Assembly: GCA_002633005.1 (NCBI GenBank)
Contig: NMRA01000072.1
Span: forward strand, 981,957-1,045,956
Source of the DNA: Phoronis australis
Taxonomy: Eukaryota > Animalia > Phoronida
Direction: 5' to 3'
DNA: 64,000 nt
Shown here: piece by piece, positions 50,900-63,373 of the stretch
Layout of the letters: each line of letters begins with the position of its first letter
Numbering within the stretch: the first letter of the stretch is position 1
Position numbers and translations under genes: made by a program
Notes under the pieces: model-generated
Seen by the model: the letters and a program-made list of their open reading frames with translations, nothing else
What the model was told of the DNA's origin: nothing
The model's database searches: none

Positions 50900-52492
50900 T
50901 GCTGAGGCACCTCAGGGTAGCGCCGGGTACAATAGACCATCTTTTTTCTAAATTAATGATCTTCCAGACTCTATTATAAACTCTAAAACGTTCTTATACG
51001 CAGATGACACAGCAATTTTCTATCCATTCCCATTAAGATTCCTCAGCACTCCCTTGGATTACAATCTGACCTCTGAGTGGACAACGAAATCTCTGACTGG
51101 TCTCATAAAGGAAGGATGAATTTTAAAACTGAAAAGGTGTTAATTTAACATTTTTCAAATCTATCAACACAGACTACCACACAAATCCAATATTTGATCG
51201 GTCACTTGATGGAGAAAATAGGCCCTATTCCCAAAATACAGACACTGACGTAAACACCCTGGTGTATTGGACGAAAAGTTCACATTCGCATCTCACTGTC
51301 GTGAACTTGTCCAAAAGGTATGAAAGCTTCAAAATTGTTTCTCATGTCATCTCAACTCCGCGCTTCTTGAAACACTTTTCATTGTGCTCTCTCACCTAGA
51401 TTACGGTGCTATATACCAGTGCAGCCATCGAGCACTGGTATGCTTCTCCACTGAATTAGACAGTTCGAATACCAGGCAGCTTTAGCCATAACCGAAGCGC
51501 ACAAAGGATCCAGCATATGAAGGTCTCGAAGAGTCTCAACTGGGACAAACTAGCTACACGTCGTAAACATCACGCATCCAATTATAGTTTTAAAGTCAAA
51601 CAACTAAATAAAATCCAATTTGACTCTTACAAATGCCAATTAATGCACTAGACGTGGACTTAGACATACTATCTCATTATTCTATTCCACCTTCCCTCGG
51701 TCAGGTCTTTCAAAGATCCACAATAATAACTTGCATTGATAACTGGAATTCCTTACCGCCTAAAATAAAAGAAAGCACCTCAACATTGTCTCACAGTATA
51801 CTATCGCTTCAGATTTACCAGTGCCCTTAACATTATTCCAACTTCCACGTAATCATAGTAGCTTATGCAGATCAACATACGAATTGTTTCTCAACAGCGA
51901 CAAATTTAGACATAATTTTAAAGACACTAACCACTACGATAGTGTGGAAATTTCCAGTCATTTGTTCATATCTTCTTTGACTGCACAGTAAACGGAAATC
52001 AAGGGTTAGAACTCCTTCAGACACTCGAACAATACCGCAATATTAATAACGCTTACTCTTAATTCCGTAAAGTTTCAGATAAAGTTAAGTTCTTTCTTAG
52101 TGGTTATAGAAAACTTGATTCCGCTAACAACATGGCTCTTTGCGAAAAGGTTGCTAAATTTGTTTTTCGTAGCAGAATCATTTGCTTTAGCTGACACCTT
52201 AAAACACCTAATTTGTACTGCGTTTAAATAAGATGTAATCACTCTTATTGGCAAGATATTGTAAGTAATATATAAACATTTATATGTCTATTCATTTTTA
52301 AATTTATAATGGTATTATCTTGTATACAACTTTGAAGTTATTGCTGCACTTGTGTATGTGCAGTACATTCATCTGTATTCTTTTATGTATGTTTGTATAT
52401 TTGACGTCCAGATATAATGCTTTCTAGCGCTTTCTGGACTCAACTCTTATTATTGTACATTGCATTTTTGTAATAAATATTATAAAATAAAA
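50900..52492 (+). mobile_element. Decayed, 5'-truncated non-LTR retrotransposon (CR1/L2-like)
   Basis: Reverse-transcriptase remnants APQGS (~50907) and INDLPDSIINSKTFLYADDTAIF (YADD at 50997-51008); IDNWNSLPPKIKES (~51735); many frameshifts; AT-rich tail ending AATAAA...ATAAAA. Confidence 0.85.
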
Positions 52493-52767
52493 CTCCCACT
52501 CAGTGCAACATAACTTAGTTAGAATATACGGAATAGTTTATTTAGGCCTACTACACCAGTACAATTTAGCAAACGGTAGGCTGTTCTGATAGTCTTTAAA
52601 ACGCGTTTGTTAACATAACAAAATAAGTAAACGATTTTGACTGGAATTTGTGTACAAAGTTAGTGGGTTCGTTTGTAAAATTAACGTGAGAGATCAGATG
52701 GCTACAGCATGGAAACCAGTCAAACAATTCATGTCACGGCGCTGGCATGTCACACCCATCGAGGAAT

Positions 52768-55700
52768 TTACGGCACTTTTTTAAAGGCTCGGATGCAGAC
52801 TAGGTCGTCCAACTTTATTTCCTGAAAAATAAAATCATTAATTTTCACAGAAACAGTAAGAACCGTAAAAAGCGTGAAAACTAACTTTGATTTTACTGGC
52901 AGATTTAGGATGTCACAAAGCAGGGGCCGAGCACATGTTCCAGAGGACAAACCGTTGTGAAAGCTCGGCCATCTGGACAGCATAAACGAAAGGCTTAGGG
53001 ACTTTGGCCGGGGTACTGTATGGATCGACACATGAAATTATACCTCTAATTCTATACAAACGAGCGGATTTTGTTGGCTACTCATCCGTGTAAATCACAC
53101 AGAGGGTTTGGTCTATGACAGCCATAAAAAATACCACGGGGTATGTTTAGCTGGACAGGAACATAGAATCAATTGAGTCAAGAGGTGAAGTTCAAATGCA
53201 GTTGTCGTTTCATGTACGGACAAACAAGTTGAAACATAAATGTTTAGATTACTTGACTGTAACTAATGAAAGAAACTGATCATCGCATCGCAACAAATCG
53301 ATTACACGTTACCATGTAAATCATTGAAATTCAGCCAATGAACTACAAACCCGAAAATGCTGTTCGCAACCCCCTTCCATCCAAAGCCATTAAAAATTTC
53401 CGAAAGCTGGTTCAAGCAAGTAACCGGAAACGGGATGTAAATTTTTTACTCGAAATCGAGCTCGTAAATATTTTTAGCATTTTCCATCCTTGAATACGAA
53501 TTCAAAATAAATATCTATAAGTCTGTGATCGAGTTTATGGTTTATAGGGTTGATTGTATCATCCTGCTTTGCATTTGATGACTCCAGGTAAAAATTCGAG
53601 TCTGAACTCGGAATGTGGAGTTTCACACGAATTATTAGCAGAGTCTTGGGGTCATCAGGTGTAAACTTGAAGTAGACACAGTCTCCTCGTTAAATCATAA
53701 CATACTCGAGGTCAGAAATGAACATTTATCTTTAGTTTGTCTGAAGAACGGAAATGTCAAAAGTATTTTCGAGTTCGATTTTCGTTAAAAACGTTTTACC
53801 TGAGGTTGCTACCCTAGCCAATGTAGTACAGCCTCTTACCATAATCATCTCACCCTCTTCGTTAATGTATCTAGCTACTGTGTGACTACGACCTTTACCC
53901 TCTTCCACGGGGTCTTCTTTAATCATCATCCTATCTCCATCCCACGTGACCAAACTCTGCAGTTGAAAGCAGAAAATGACATTTTCTCGACGAACGACAT
54001 CTGGCAATAAAATGAGAAAAATGGTTAGATTTGGAATGTTAATCATGCGCAAGTTTTGAGAATGGCGTCTATGTGTGCGACTCGAATATTTTTGTTTGAC
54101 ATTGTCAAAGAATTAATTTGCCTTGTGAATAACACATGTTTGTTGTATAAAAATGAGCGCGACCAGGCAATTAAAATTTCCCGACAAACCTGTCTATTTT
54201 AAAGAAATGAATGGCGAGGGAGCCTTAACTGCTTTGTTTTTAGAAATACAAATAAAATGGAGCATCAGATTTGAAATAAACTGACTAAACGGAGTAATAA
54301 CTCCAGTTAGCTATGGAACCACTTGCACAAACTGTGAGCAACAACACCGAATGTAAATGTTCGCACCCGATAAGAAATGTACTATGAACCCCACACAATT
54401 TCACTACTACCTCATTTAATCACAACACGTCAAATGAATATCTAGACACAGTGTAAAGACTATAGTGGTATTTTACTATATTGAAATTGTCGCTGGGGCT
54501 AGACTATATGTCATTGGATCAGCGAAGGAGACGACACATGCTCCACACCACTGAAACTTTGCTAAGGTCTTTCTAAATCGTCACTAATTTTACTGAATAC
54601 GAATACGATTTTATTGACGCTGGGCTTAGTTTTGACTTGCGTAAGAGGGGTGGGGGGGGGAGTCGTCATAAACACACAACCCGGCAGTGACGCCAATGAA
54701 ATCGGTGCAAAACATCATTCACAACTTCCAATAGTCTAAAATTACCTTCATTTTTGTTCCATTATGGTCTTGTATATCTTCGACACCAATAGTAAATGAT
54801 GTCTCTCGCGTCCAAAATCCTGTGTGCGTTTTCAATGTGAATTTATCCCCGTCACGGAGGAATTCCGATGTAGGAGAAGAATTTGCAGCCATTTTACGAG
54901 CTATCCATGGGGCGCCTTTGAAAAGAAATTAAAATTCAAGTCTTCCACAAATTACGTCAATTCAGGAAGCCTGGTCAATTCAATAGCTACAGTACATGAC
55001 CGAGTTCGCGAACCTTGCTACCGTACCCACACTGGAAAGTCACTAAAACAGAAAAAAATCAGCTCGAAGCCAGAGCCAGGTTCCTTGTCTCAAGTTAGCA
55101 AAATAAATACTGTGGAACACGTTCAAACTTTCTGATACATTTTCATAAGACCACATCAGAATATTTTGATATTGCGCCTCCTAAAGGAAAGGGCAATGAG
55201 AGCCAAAACGTTTGCTGACAACTCACTTTGTCAAAAAATTGATTCCAAGTTCACCGGCACGGTCATGATGAACAATTCATCAAATTTCATTTGCAACCGG
55301 ATAACTGCCCTCTCGGCATATTTTTGGCTTCAGTTCTGGCTTGAGTATTCTAATAGTTTGGCACGAAAACACCTTAAAACCCGGCGAACAGTGGGAATGA
55401 AATATGCAAGCACTGCCAGATTGGGGACTTCCGGCAAGTGACTCATTCGGGGGGGGGGTGCCTTCAAGCAAAATCTCTCAGACTTATCGAAAACAAACGG
55501 TAACCGTGTGTAATTTTCCAAATAATTACTGCATTCATCTTATCGCTTAGTGCCTGAATCCTGAGTTAAGAAAAACAAATTGACACGCCCACACTGAAGC
55601 CAAGAGCTAGTACCAGGGACCACAGCCGGTGAAACAGCCAAGTTCTCGCCACTAATGGGCGTGACGAGTGGGTGTCCGCCCGAATCGTCGAGCCGATTGG

Positions 55701-55956
55701 TAGGGAAACTTTAAGGCCAGTGCATATAATTCAACTTTCAGAACTCCAGGCCGTGAACTGAGACTGGGAGGAGGCCTGTCAACTCGTTAGACGGTCGGGA
55801 CGCAATTTCTACTGCAAGACACGAGGCCTCTCAGAAAGACGAGCGTGGATGAATGAACAAGCTGACTTACTGACCCATTTTTTCTAGAAACTCTTCAAAG
55901 TTCTCTGTACTCCTGACCAGCTTCCATTTGCCCTCAAACGCTTCTCCTTGCGACAT
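52768..55956 (-). CDS. Fatty-acid-binding protein (FABP/iLBP family), 4 exons, 140 aa
   Basis: Exons 55956-55875, 54915-54746, 53956-53840, 52821-52768 (423 nt; intron phases 1,0,0 as typical of FABPs). Protein MSQGEAFEGKWKLVRSTENFEEFLEKMGAPWIARKMAANSSPTSEFLRDGDKFTLKTHTGFWTRETSFTIG...SLVTWDGD...VCIRAFKKVP. Minus-strand AATAAA at 52537-52542. Confidence 0.93.
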
Positions 55957-56332
55957 CTCAACACAAAAATCACTGGTTTGCTTCTGACGTGTATATATCG
56001 TGACCTAATATAAAAAATGCGGTCATGTGAACCGGTGAACTGATCAGACTGTCTGTGACCCGTTTTTAATCACTCAGTGCTGTCACCTTATCGCCGGTAT
56101 CCCGTGGATAGTACAACAATTTCAGAACTCGTGAAGACATGTTGTTTATGACAAGATGTCCTCTCTGTAGTAGATTATTAAACTCCTTCTGGAATTCGAT
56201 ATCGTGACTCAGTTATTTTTTACAGGTGCAGCAGTTAAACCAACGCAAAATTCACTCCACAGCTGAATTAAGAGCCCGTGAATCGATTTCATATTTAATA
56301 GTAACTATACTTAAAATTTTGATTAAAACCTG

Positions 56333-57607
56333 CATGACGGCGACATCCCGTTGCTCCCAACTTGTTCGATTCTATAGCCCTACAACAAGTTGGTAAGTTT
56401 ACCCCCGTAGCCAGTATCTTACACGACTGATTAACTCCATTCTGGCATGAGGTTGGAGGGCCTGCGCTCTTTTGTTCGATAATTACTCTTATCTCTGATC
56501 AGATCGTATCTAGCCTGAAATGGGCTGGGCTGATAAAAATAAAAGTTATAACATATTTGAGCTTAAACCAATAGCATTTCTGAATTCCTCGTCAAATGCT
56601 GACCATGTTCCGTTTTTAAATCGCCCAACTACAACAGAAGTTTAGACAATCTATTCTGTCCAAACGGGTTACCAACGTACTGAGTTTGTCTGTTCGCGTT
56701 CGGTAATAGCGTGCAACCACCATACGTTTCAAAAGAGCCAAATGTTATCGCACGCAGCACCCCTCACGTCTGGAAAAGTTACTGAACGACAGAACGCTGT
56801 AATGAGCGTTCTAATACGAGTGTGGTGCTGATTCAGAAATTAGGACCCGTGTTGGTCAGCTCAAAGTCAGGTACCCCAGTCAGTGCAAGGGGTTGGTCAG
56901 CTTAATTGGAGGTAGCCTACTCTAGTCGCAAGGTCCCAGGTTGGTCAGCGTGACCGTGAACAAGTCAGCCGTCGGGGCCCTAGCTGCAAGGAACTGGGTT
57001 GGCCAGCTTACCGAGTCATGTACTCTAGAATTAGTTTAAACTCGTTAATTGCAGGATAGGCCCTACTGTTCCTGGACTAGACATTTTCATGATGGCGTAC
57101 GTCATTCAGCAACTTTTTCAGACGTACTGAGCCGGGTTCTGAACGTGCGATAACATCTGACTCTTTTGTTAACTGCCCAGCACAGTCTTTTGTCCCGTAT
57201 GGCAACAAACAGGCCAATTATCTCCCAGGCTTCAAAGGGTTATGGGGCCTACTGAAACCTGGCAGAATGATTGTCTTAACTTCTATTGAGTTGGGCGATT
57301 TTGATGATTCAAAAACTAAACATGATCAGCATTTGACAAGGAATTCAGAAATGCCATTGGTTTATGTTCAAATATCTTATAACTTAACTTTCATGTTTAG
57401 CAGCCCAGCCCAGTCAGGCTATAGATAAGATCTGATCGGAGATAAGAGCAATTATCGAACAAAAGAGAGCCGGTCCTCCAACCGTAAATGCCAGATTGGA
57501 GTTAATCAGTCGTGTAAGATATTGGCTACAGGGGTGCCGGATCTTCCCAACTTGTTGTTGGGCTCTAGAATCGAACAAGTTGGGAGCAATGGGAAAACGC
57601 CGTAATG
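56333..57607. mobile_element. Non-autonomous element with long (~200-bp) imperfect TIRs upstream of the FABP gene
   Basis: ~56333-56533 is the reverse complement of ~57400-57607, e.g. TTGCTCCCAACTTGTTCGATTCTA / TAGAATCGAACAAGTTGGGAGCAA and ATCTTACACGACTGATTAACTCCA / TGGAGTTAATCAGTCGTGTAAGAT. No TSD seen. Confidence 0.85.
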
Positions 57608-58112
57608 AATAAGTCCCGAAATTATCAAAAGAATATTTATATAGAACAACATCAGCTTTTAATTACATAGCAACATTTTCTTTAAGACGAAAACATTCAG
57701 GTGTATTTGTCCTATCCGTATTTTAACGTTTTATCCTGAGCGCCGTGGGTGCCCCTTGTTTTCTTCCCTTCCTCGTTGTCAGAAATCGATTCATGGCGGG
57801 TGCAGGAAGATACCACTAATGGTTCGCTTGGTGCGCGATCATTGCGTGAACTTGGAATCCTGCTTAATCTCAAGATCGCGTACGCGTGAACTTGGAATTG
57901 AATGTTGGGCAATCAATTGAAATTTTTGTTCAGTGTCGGCGATTGTGCAAGAACGAGCTGCCCAGCAACAGTCCAGTGAGACAGCGTCCTCCAGTGCAGC
58001 ACCTGCCACTTTCAGGCACTCGTAAGTTTGTCATTTGGACAATTCTCAGTAAAAACCAACTAGTCTACACGCATGGCATTCACTTCAACCCTTGGTTTAG
58101 TTAGGCCAACGG

Positions 58113-58316
58113 CCGGGGGGGTGGGTCACTCATATATTGACAAGATGCCCGGGCAGCCGTGTACCAAAAATTGCAGATAGGTAGTACTTTTTCAGCAAGG
58201 TTTTGTTATGCAGGCACGGGATCCAATATGCCCCTAATCAATTAGCAGACCTGGTGGACTGCAACGGGGGGGGGGAGTTCTGTGGGCACTTAATTGTCAT
58301 CGAGTGACCCACGGGG
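58113..58316. mobile_element. Small MITE with G/C-rich termini
   Basis: GTGGGTCACTC (58121-58131) pairs with GAGTGACCCAC (58302-58312). Confidence 0.45.
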
Positions 58317-59524
58317 CCTACTGACTTCACTGTCACTCGAGTGCTCCCCCATTGCGTACAGACTTAAGGTAGGTGGATACACAAAAAAATAATTTTGACT
58401 GTTTTTTTACATTTTTATGTCATCCTAATCTTTAATTCTTGATGCACAGTATAATGAAGAAAAATAAAATCATTCTGAAAATCCAAAGTTGTTTTTTAGC
58501 TATATTTGACCAAGCCTCAGTAAGTCGTATGGCTTGAGTGCTCACCAGCTCAGTGATTGACAACTGGGGCGGAGCTCATATACAAGGACACTAACTCTAA
58601 TCTAACCCTGTCAACAAGCATTGCGTAACCGGGCAATCGAGAGTGCTGTACCAGCTGATATTGGTGTTGTAGCAAGACCAAGAATAAAATAACTCTATTT
58701 TTTACCATGTGAAAGTTGGTAGTGAAATGGTGAACTAGCTCCTGTTCCGAGCCTGAGCCTGTTTGTGCATCTGCAAAGTACGCCAAGTCCTACCTAAGCC
58801 ATCACTGCACTCAGCTTGAGGAGTCAGTGCAGAAATTGTGCAAGTATAACAGAAGTCGGTAATATGAGGTAAGGTGTCTTGCGAGAGGACGCCGAGCATC
58901 GACGTGGGTGGTGTTGCACGATTCGGTGAGAGTGCATGCATGCGCTGTGAAGACAAGCCGCGCGCGGTACACATTGACAACTACATGCCGTCAGAGTAAA
59001 AGAGTCTTCGCAGATAAACCGTGCTTATGTGCTGGGAACGCGCCGTGGAGAAACTAGGCTGTCAAACCCAGAGGATTTTTTAACTTGCTACTGGTCGTAA
59101 CCCAAAGAATTAGAGAGATGACCCAGTGTTCAACATAACAAAAATTTTCTAGTGCATAGATTCAAACGTAACCCTGAATTAAAACTCATGATATTATACG
59201 ATTCTAGAGGAAAGCAATATAAGAAACTTTAATAACTTGAGAATCTCACCCAAGCGAACCTATTTGCGCAGAAAGTGATATTTTCTTACCCCAAAGTCCA
59301 TTCGGTACAGGCACGTAAAAATGTTGAACCATTACTATGAAAGGAGTTCTTTATTCTCGTCGCCAATAGACAGTAACGCGGTAATTTGATACAACACATA
59401 TATTGGTTGATGATAATATTGGAATACTAACAAATAGGTCTGTGTTTTTGGTGAGTGTTCCTCGCACAACGCATTGTCCTTTCAATATTCTAATGTAGTT
59501 GCCTCTTTGTGTATATATGCTTAC

Positions 59525-62202
59525 TCTTCAACGGCTCCCTTGAAGGCTTGAAAATCTGTGCTTGACTTGTTGTTTTTTGCTGCCTGCATAAAGGTGATCA
59601 ACCTACTGTAGCCATCCACCCCACCATGAATGAGTAATGTCAGTAGTAGTAAATGGGAATGAACGTAGAGGTAAACGCTTGAATGTAATGAAAAGCCGAC
59701 AGAGTAGTTCAATTTTTTAAAACTTGACATAAAATTGACACAATCTCACGCACATTAAGCTTTTTGTTGTTACAAATGGGAAACATTTCAATGACTGCAC
59801 TGACGCGTTGTTACAAAGGCTGCACTCTTGAATTAGGCATTTGTAGCATAAAAGTACGAAAATGGAGTACCTCACCAAATTAACATATACCTTATTAACT
59901 TATGGTTCCCGTCTATATGCCAAAGAGAGTTGGGGGCGCGTACATTGTAAGTGCGCCTGTGTAGTTGCGCACCAACTGAGCGCATGGCGCATCTGGCAGG
60001 ATCAACTCGGTGAAGTGATGCTCTGACCCTTGATCGTGGTACAAAAACGCCCTTGCCTTGTAGGCGAGCTTTCACAGCATTTGGGCCGATTTTTCTGTTT
60101 CCTTCAATGGCCCGTTCAACCTCCATGTCTAAGTCTTCGTTATACAGATCACATGGGGTTCTTTTAAAAATACCATATTCTCTGAAATACAATCGAAACA
60201 AAAGTTGGCAAAATAATTTTCTGTTGGTGAAGAAAATTCCTCAAGAGGCTGTGAAGAAAAAACTGTATGACAGTGTCTGGCAACAAAAGTATAGCCGTAA
60301 TCTAACAACAATAACACAATTAGCTAATTTACAGTAACAGCATCAGTAGCGAGTGCAATAGATACCTAAAACTACATATTTAGGTGAATGGCATGGTATT
60401 TTCGTGAATGATTTCATATCTAAATTAAATGTAATTACCAAAAGCATCAAACCTTTTTCTAATATTTCATATAGATCTCTATCAAATGAGAATAAACTTC
60501 ATTTTCAAACTTTCTTATTCAAGATAATTTGCATACAGATTCCGATTTGTGGGGGTAAACTGGGCCTACAAATCAACCCGTTTCAACTTGGAGAAGCGGA
60601 ATCCCACACTAAGGAAGTATGGTCAGTTTAGTGCGAGCTTAATTTACATATCAGTTTCTAAATGTTTTAATGTTCTCCATTGATATTCGGTTTCTCTCTT
60701 GTTTGATCAAGTTTAGTAATAGCATTAAAACCACACTTTGTATGAACAGAAATAATGCATACTTTCATCATCTTGGCATTTTATGCTGCATTTCCAACTA
60801 AAACTTACCTAAGTCTCGATTTCACAGTGTCCACTGACACCCCCAGGCAATTCGCTATGGCTCGGTTGGTCATCTTTGCTTTACTTAAAAACGAGTTGTT
60901 CTTTGGATATGTTCTTCTTTGGACCTCCTATTTTCCCATTACACATCCAAGGTGCTGTGTATCCAGATAGAGCTACAATTGACCAGAGTACAGATATTTA
61001 ATTTTCCATAGATCAAAACTATAACATGCATTACACTTTAAAACAAGTTTATTTCACCAAGAAATTTATTTTTTCACAGAAAACAATTGCAAATGTACAG
61101 AGTAGCCTGTGCTTAAATATTGAAGAATAGGTGATTATACATTATTTTTGGATGTAGGCACATGGGCCTTATTTGCACAGAAGATTTTAAGTACCTAACT
61201 GCTATGTTGCACAAGGTACCTGTGTTATTTACTTTCCAGTAATGTTTTTGCCTCATGACGTAGTTGTGACAGGAGACCAGTAATACGCTCCGACTCGCTG
61301 TCTGTGCATAGACTGCCATTGGCTCTAAACATAAGTCATCAATTATTCACATCTGAAATAACATGTAATGTAGACCCAGTCAACAGATAGACAGCGACAG
61401 TTTAATTTGAATTTCGTTCATGCTCCTTCCCAAATTAGGCTGCCTGTCGACCTAGTACAACTGTGAGGTATGATGTGAAGCACAATTCGTTAATCGATAC
61501 ATATGCATGATTCTAAAGTGATCATAGCATTTTCGCCAAGTCAAGATAGAGTTCCCCGTTACGCGTTGACAACAACAAGCGTAGTCTTTATACAGCAAAT
61601 TTATCGTGGAGTTCCTTTAGTAAAGTCGACAGTGTACCCACAGTCGGCCCCTAAATAAAAATTGACGGATCTTAACCATTTCAGTCTCGGACACAAACAG
61701 TAAGTCAAATGAAGGGTATAGCTGTGCTTGCGTTAGCATTCAGCAAAATGCAGACGCCGGATACATGTGTACGCCGACGCTAGTAAGATGACTTACAGTC
61801 AGGGAGACAAATTTACGGAATTTTCGTAATCAATGGAACATTGAGTCTGAGACAACTTTTTTAAGTACAGTCACTGAATTTGTTGGTATGTTAATTTTCC
61901 ACCAGCATCAGTGGTGGATTTAGAGCGGTGCCAAGGGGGCCATGGCCCCCCTAAAATTCTAGCAGATTACATTTGGCAGTTCGGGGGTGCGAATGCCTGA
62001 CTGGCAAAATCCTGGCTAATACTAACTCAAAATCCTGGATCCGCCCCTGAGCATACCTCACCCTGGTGAGAGAAACTTACCTTAGTGTCACTGAATTGAG
62101 GACACCTGTTTCCACGGGAGGCGTATAAATTCGTCGACACATGTCATTTACAATTCACTGCACATTCAACAGAAAGCCATCTCCATGTCCATTCGTAGCC
62201 AT
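59525..62202 (-). pseudogene. Intron-containing IS3EU-like DDE transposase/integrase, disabled and 3'-truncated
   Basis: Exon remnants: 62202-62081 (tentative, in-frame TGA); 60972-60809 (GGPKKNISKEQL, frameshift, then HTH AIANCLGVSVDTVKSRLR); 60181-59891 (RVRASLHRVDP...RRTYNVRAPNSLWHIDGNHKLIR); ~59640-59525 (IHGGVDGYSRLITF...NNKSST). The exons with the later D and E catalytic residues were not found. Confidence 0.8.
61909..62049. mobile_element. 141-bp MITE with 5-bp TSD nested in the transposase relic
   Basis: CAGTGGTGGAT ... ATCCGCCCCTG; AGCAT at 61904-61908 and 62050-62054. Confidence 0.75.
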
Positions 62203-62263
62203 ATTGGTTTTTCGAGTATATTAGGTTACCATTGATTGGTTTAAATTTGGAACGTTCTTGAGG

Positions 62264-62519
62264 AATTTTACGAGCATAATTTACGGCGACATTTCCTTAG
62301 TTAATTTACGCTCGTAATTACGAGCGTAATTTTACGGCGAAAATTTTCACCATTTAATTTACGAGCGTAATTTTACGGCGACACTCCTGCAGTTCAAATT
62401 ACGCTCGTAATTACGCAGCGTAATTTTACGGCGACATTTTCCCCTCAGCGTGCCCAACTCGCTTACAAAGAATGTGCTACTCGTAAGTTACACCATATGG
62501 TTACCATTGTTACACCATA
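62264..62519 (-). repeat. Terminal and subterminal repeats of the IS3EU-like element
   Basis: Four TAATTT(T)ACGGCGA copies with palindromic TTACGCTCGTAA-TTACGAGCGTAA (62264-62435). GTTACACCATA occurs at 62487-62497 and 62509-62519, giving a TATGG terminus on the minus strand. Confidence 0.7.
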
Positions 62520-63322
62520 GACTGGTTACACTAACTTGGCTAGCCTGATATATCGTGCTCGTTTCTTATGGAGGTTTTTGCAGTTCACCTAAACATGGGA
62601 TAATACCCTTTGCTGGCTTCGTGCTTTTCATGCGTGCATGCTAACTCGTTTATTCGAAAAGATGCTCGCCTGTTCTAGTGCACGTGCCAAAAATCGCTGG
62701 CGAAAAAATCAGTGCTGTTATATTGCATTCATCTACTACCGTTATTTCTTCAATATCCGCCCCCCAAAAGTTGCAACTCGCAATGTATTGTGTAGATCAA
62801 CACACGTGAATGGATATTAAATCTAGCTTGTACCTTTCGTTCCAATTTATTATAAACAATATAATAACACGATACTTACCAACAGACTTAGAGACTAAAA
62901 CGACGAAAAACACCCATCGTTAAATACTTTATTTAACTATTTAATTATTAGGATCTGATAATATCACAATCATGTTTTACTCACAACATTACACATTTTT
63001 AAGTTCTGGATGATAACAGGTATATATGTATACAACACATAATGAGTACAAAAATTATGGCAGTTATTAGTCATACGAAGTTGACAACAGGCACACAATG
63101 ATGACGTAACTTCCACAGACGTGATGTTTTCATAAGAAACTTGCAAATAGTTTTCTTTATTACATTACCCAAACAACGGCGTGTGGTATTTTCTGTTCGG
63201 GCCTAGACTAATTCGAGTGTTAAAAACGCAGACTGCCACACTCCGAGAGATGTAAGTTTTCAATTAAATATACATTATTAGCAAGTGGCTTAGGAGGCGG
63301 CTGTGGATGACTGACGATGACC

Positions 63323-63373
63323 TCAGATTTTTTTGAATGTCCGAACGACGACCATGTCTCCCAGTGTTATCTC
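63323..63373 (-). CDS. Last coding exon of a second FABP paralogue
   Basis: ttttcag|EITLGDMVVVRTFKKI* aligns with EIKLDDLVCIRAFKKVP* of the neighbouring FABP, same phase 0. Minus-strand AATAAA at 62928-62933. Confidence 0.8.
   Translation of the reverse strand, partial: EITLGDMVVVRTFKKI

Noticed and set aside
58550-58980. Two overlapping minus-strand ORFs as the transposon's second gene
   Set aside because: No recognisable motifs or splice-consistent frame.
62155-62157. In-frame TGA in the putative transposase first exon as selenocysteine or readthrough
   Set aside because: The same gene has a frameshift and is truncated, and no SECIS was seen; simple decay explains it.
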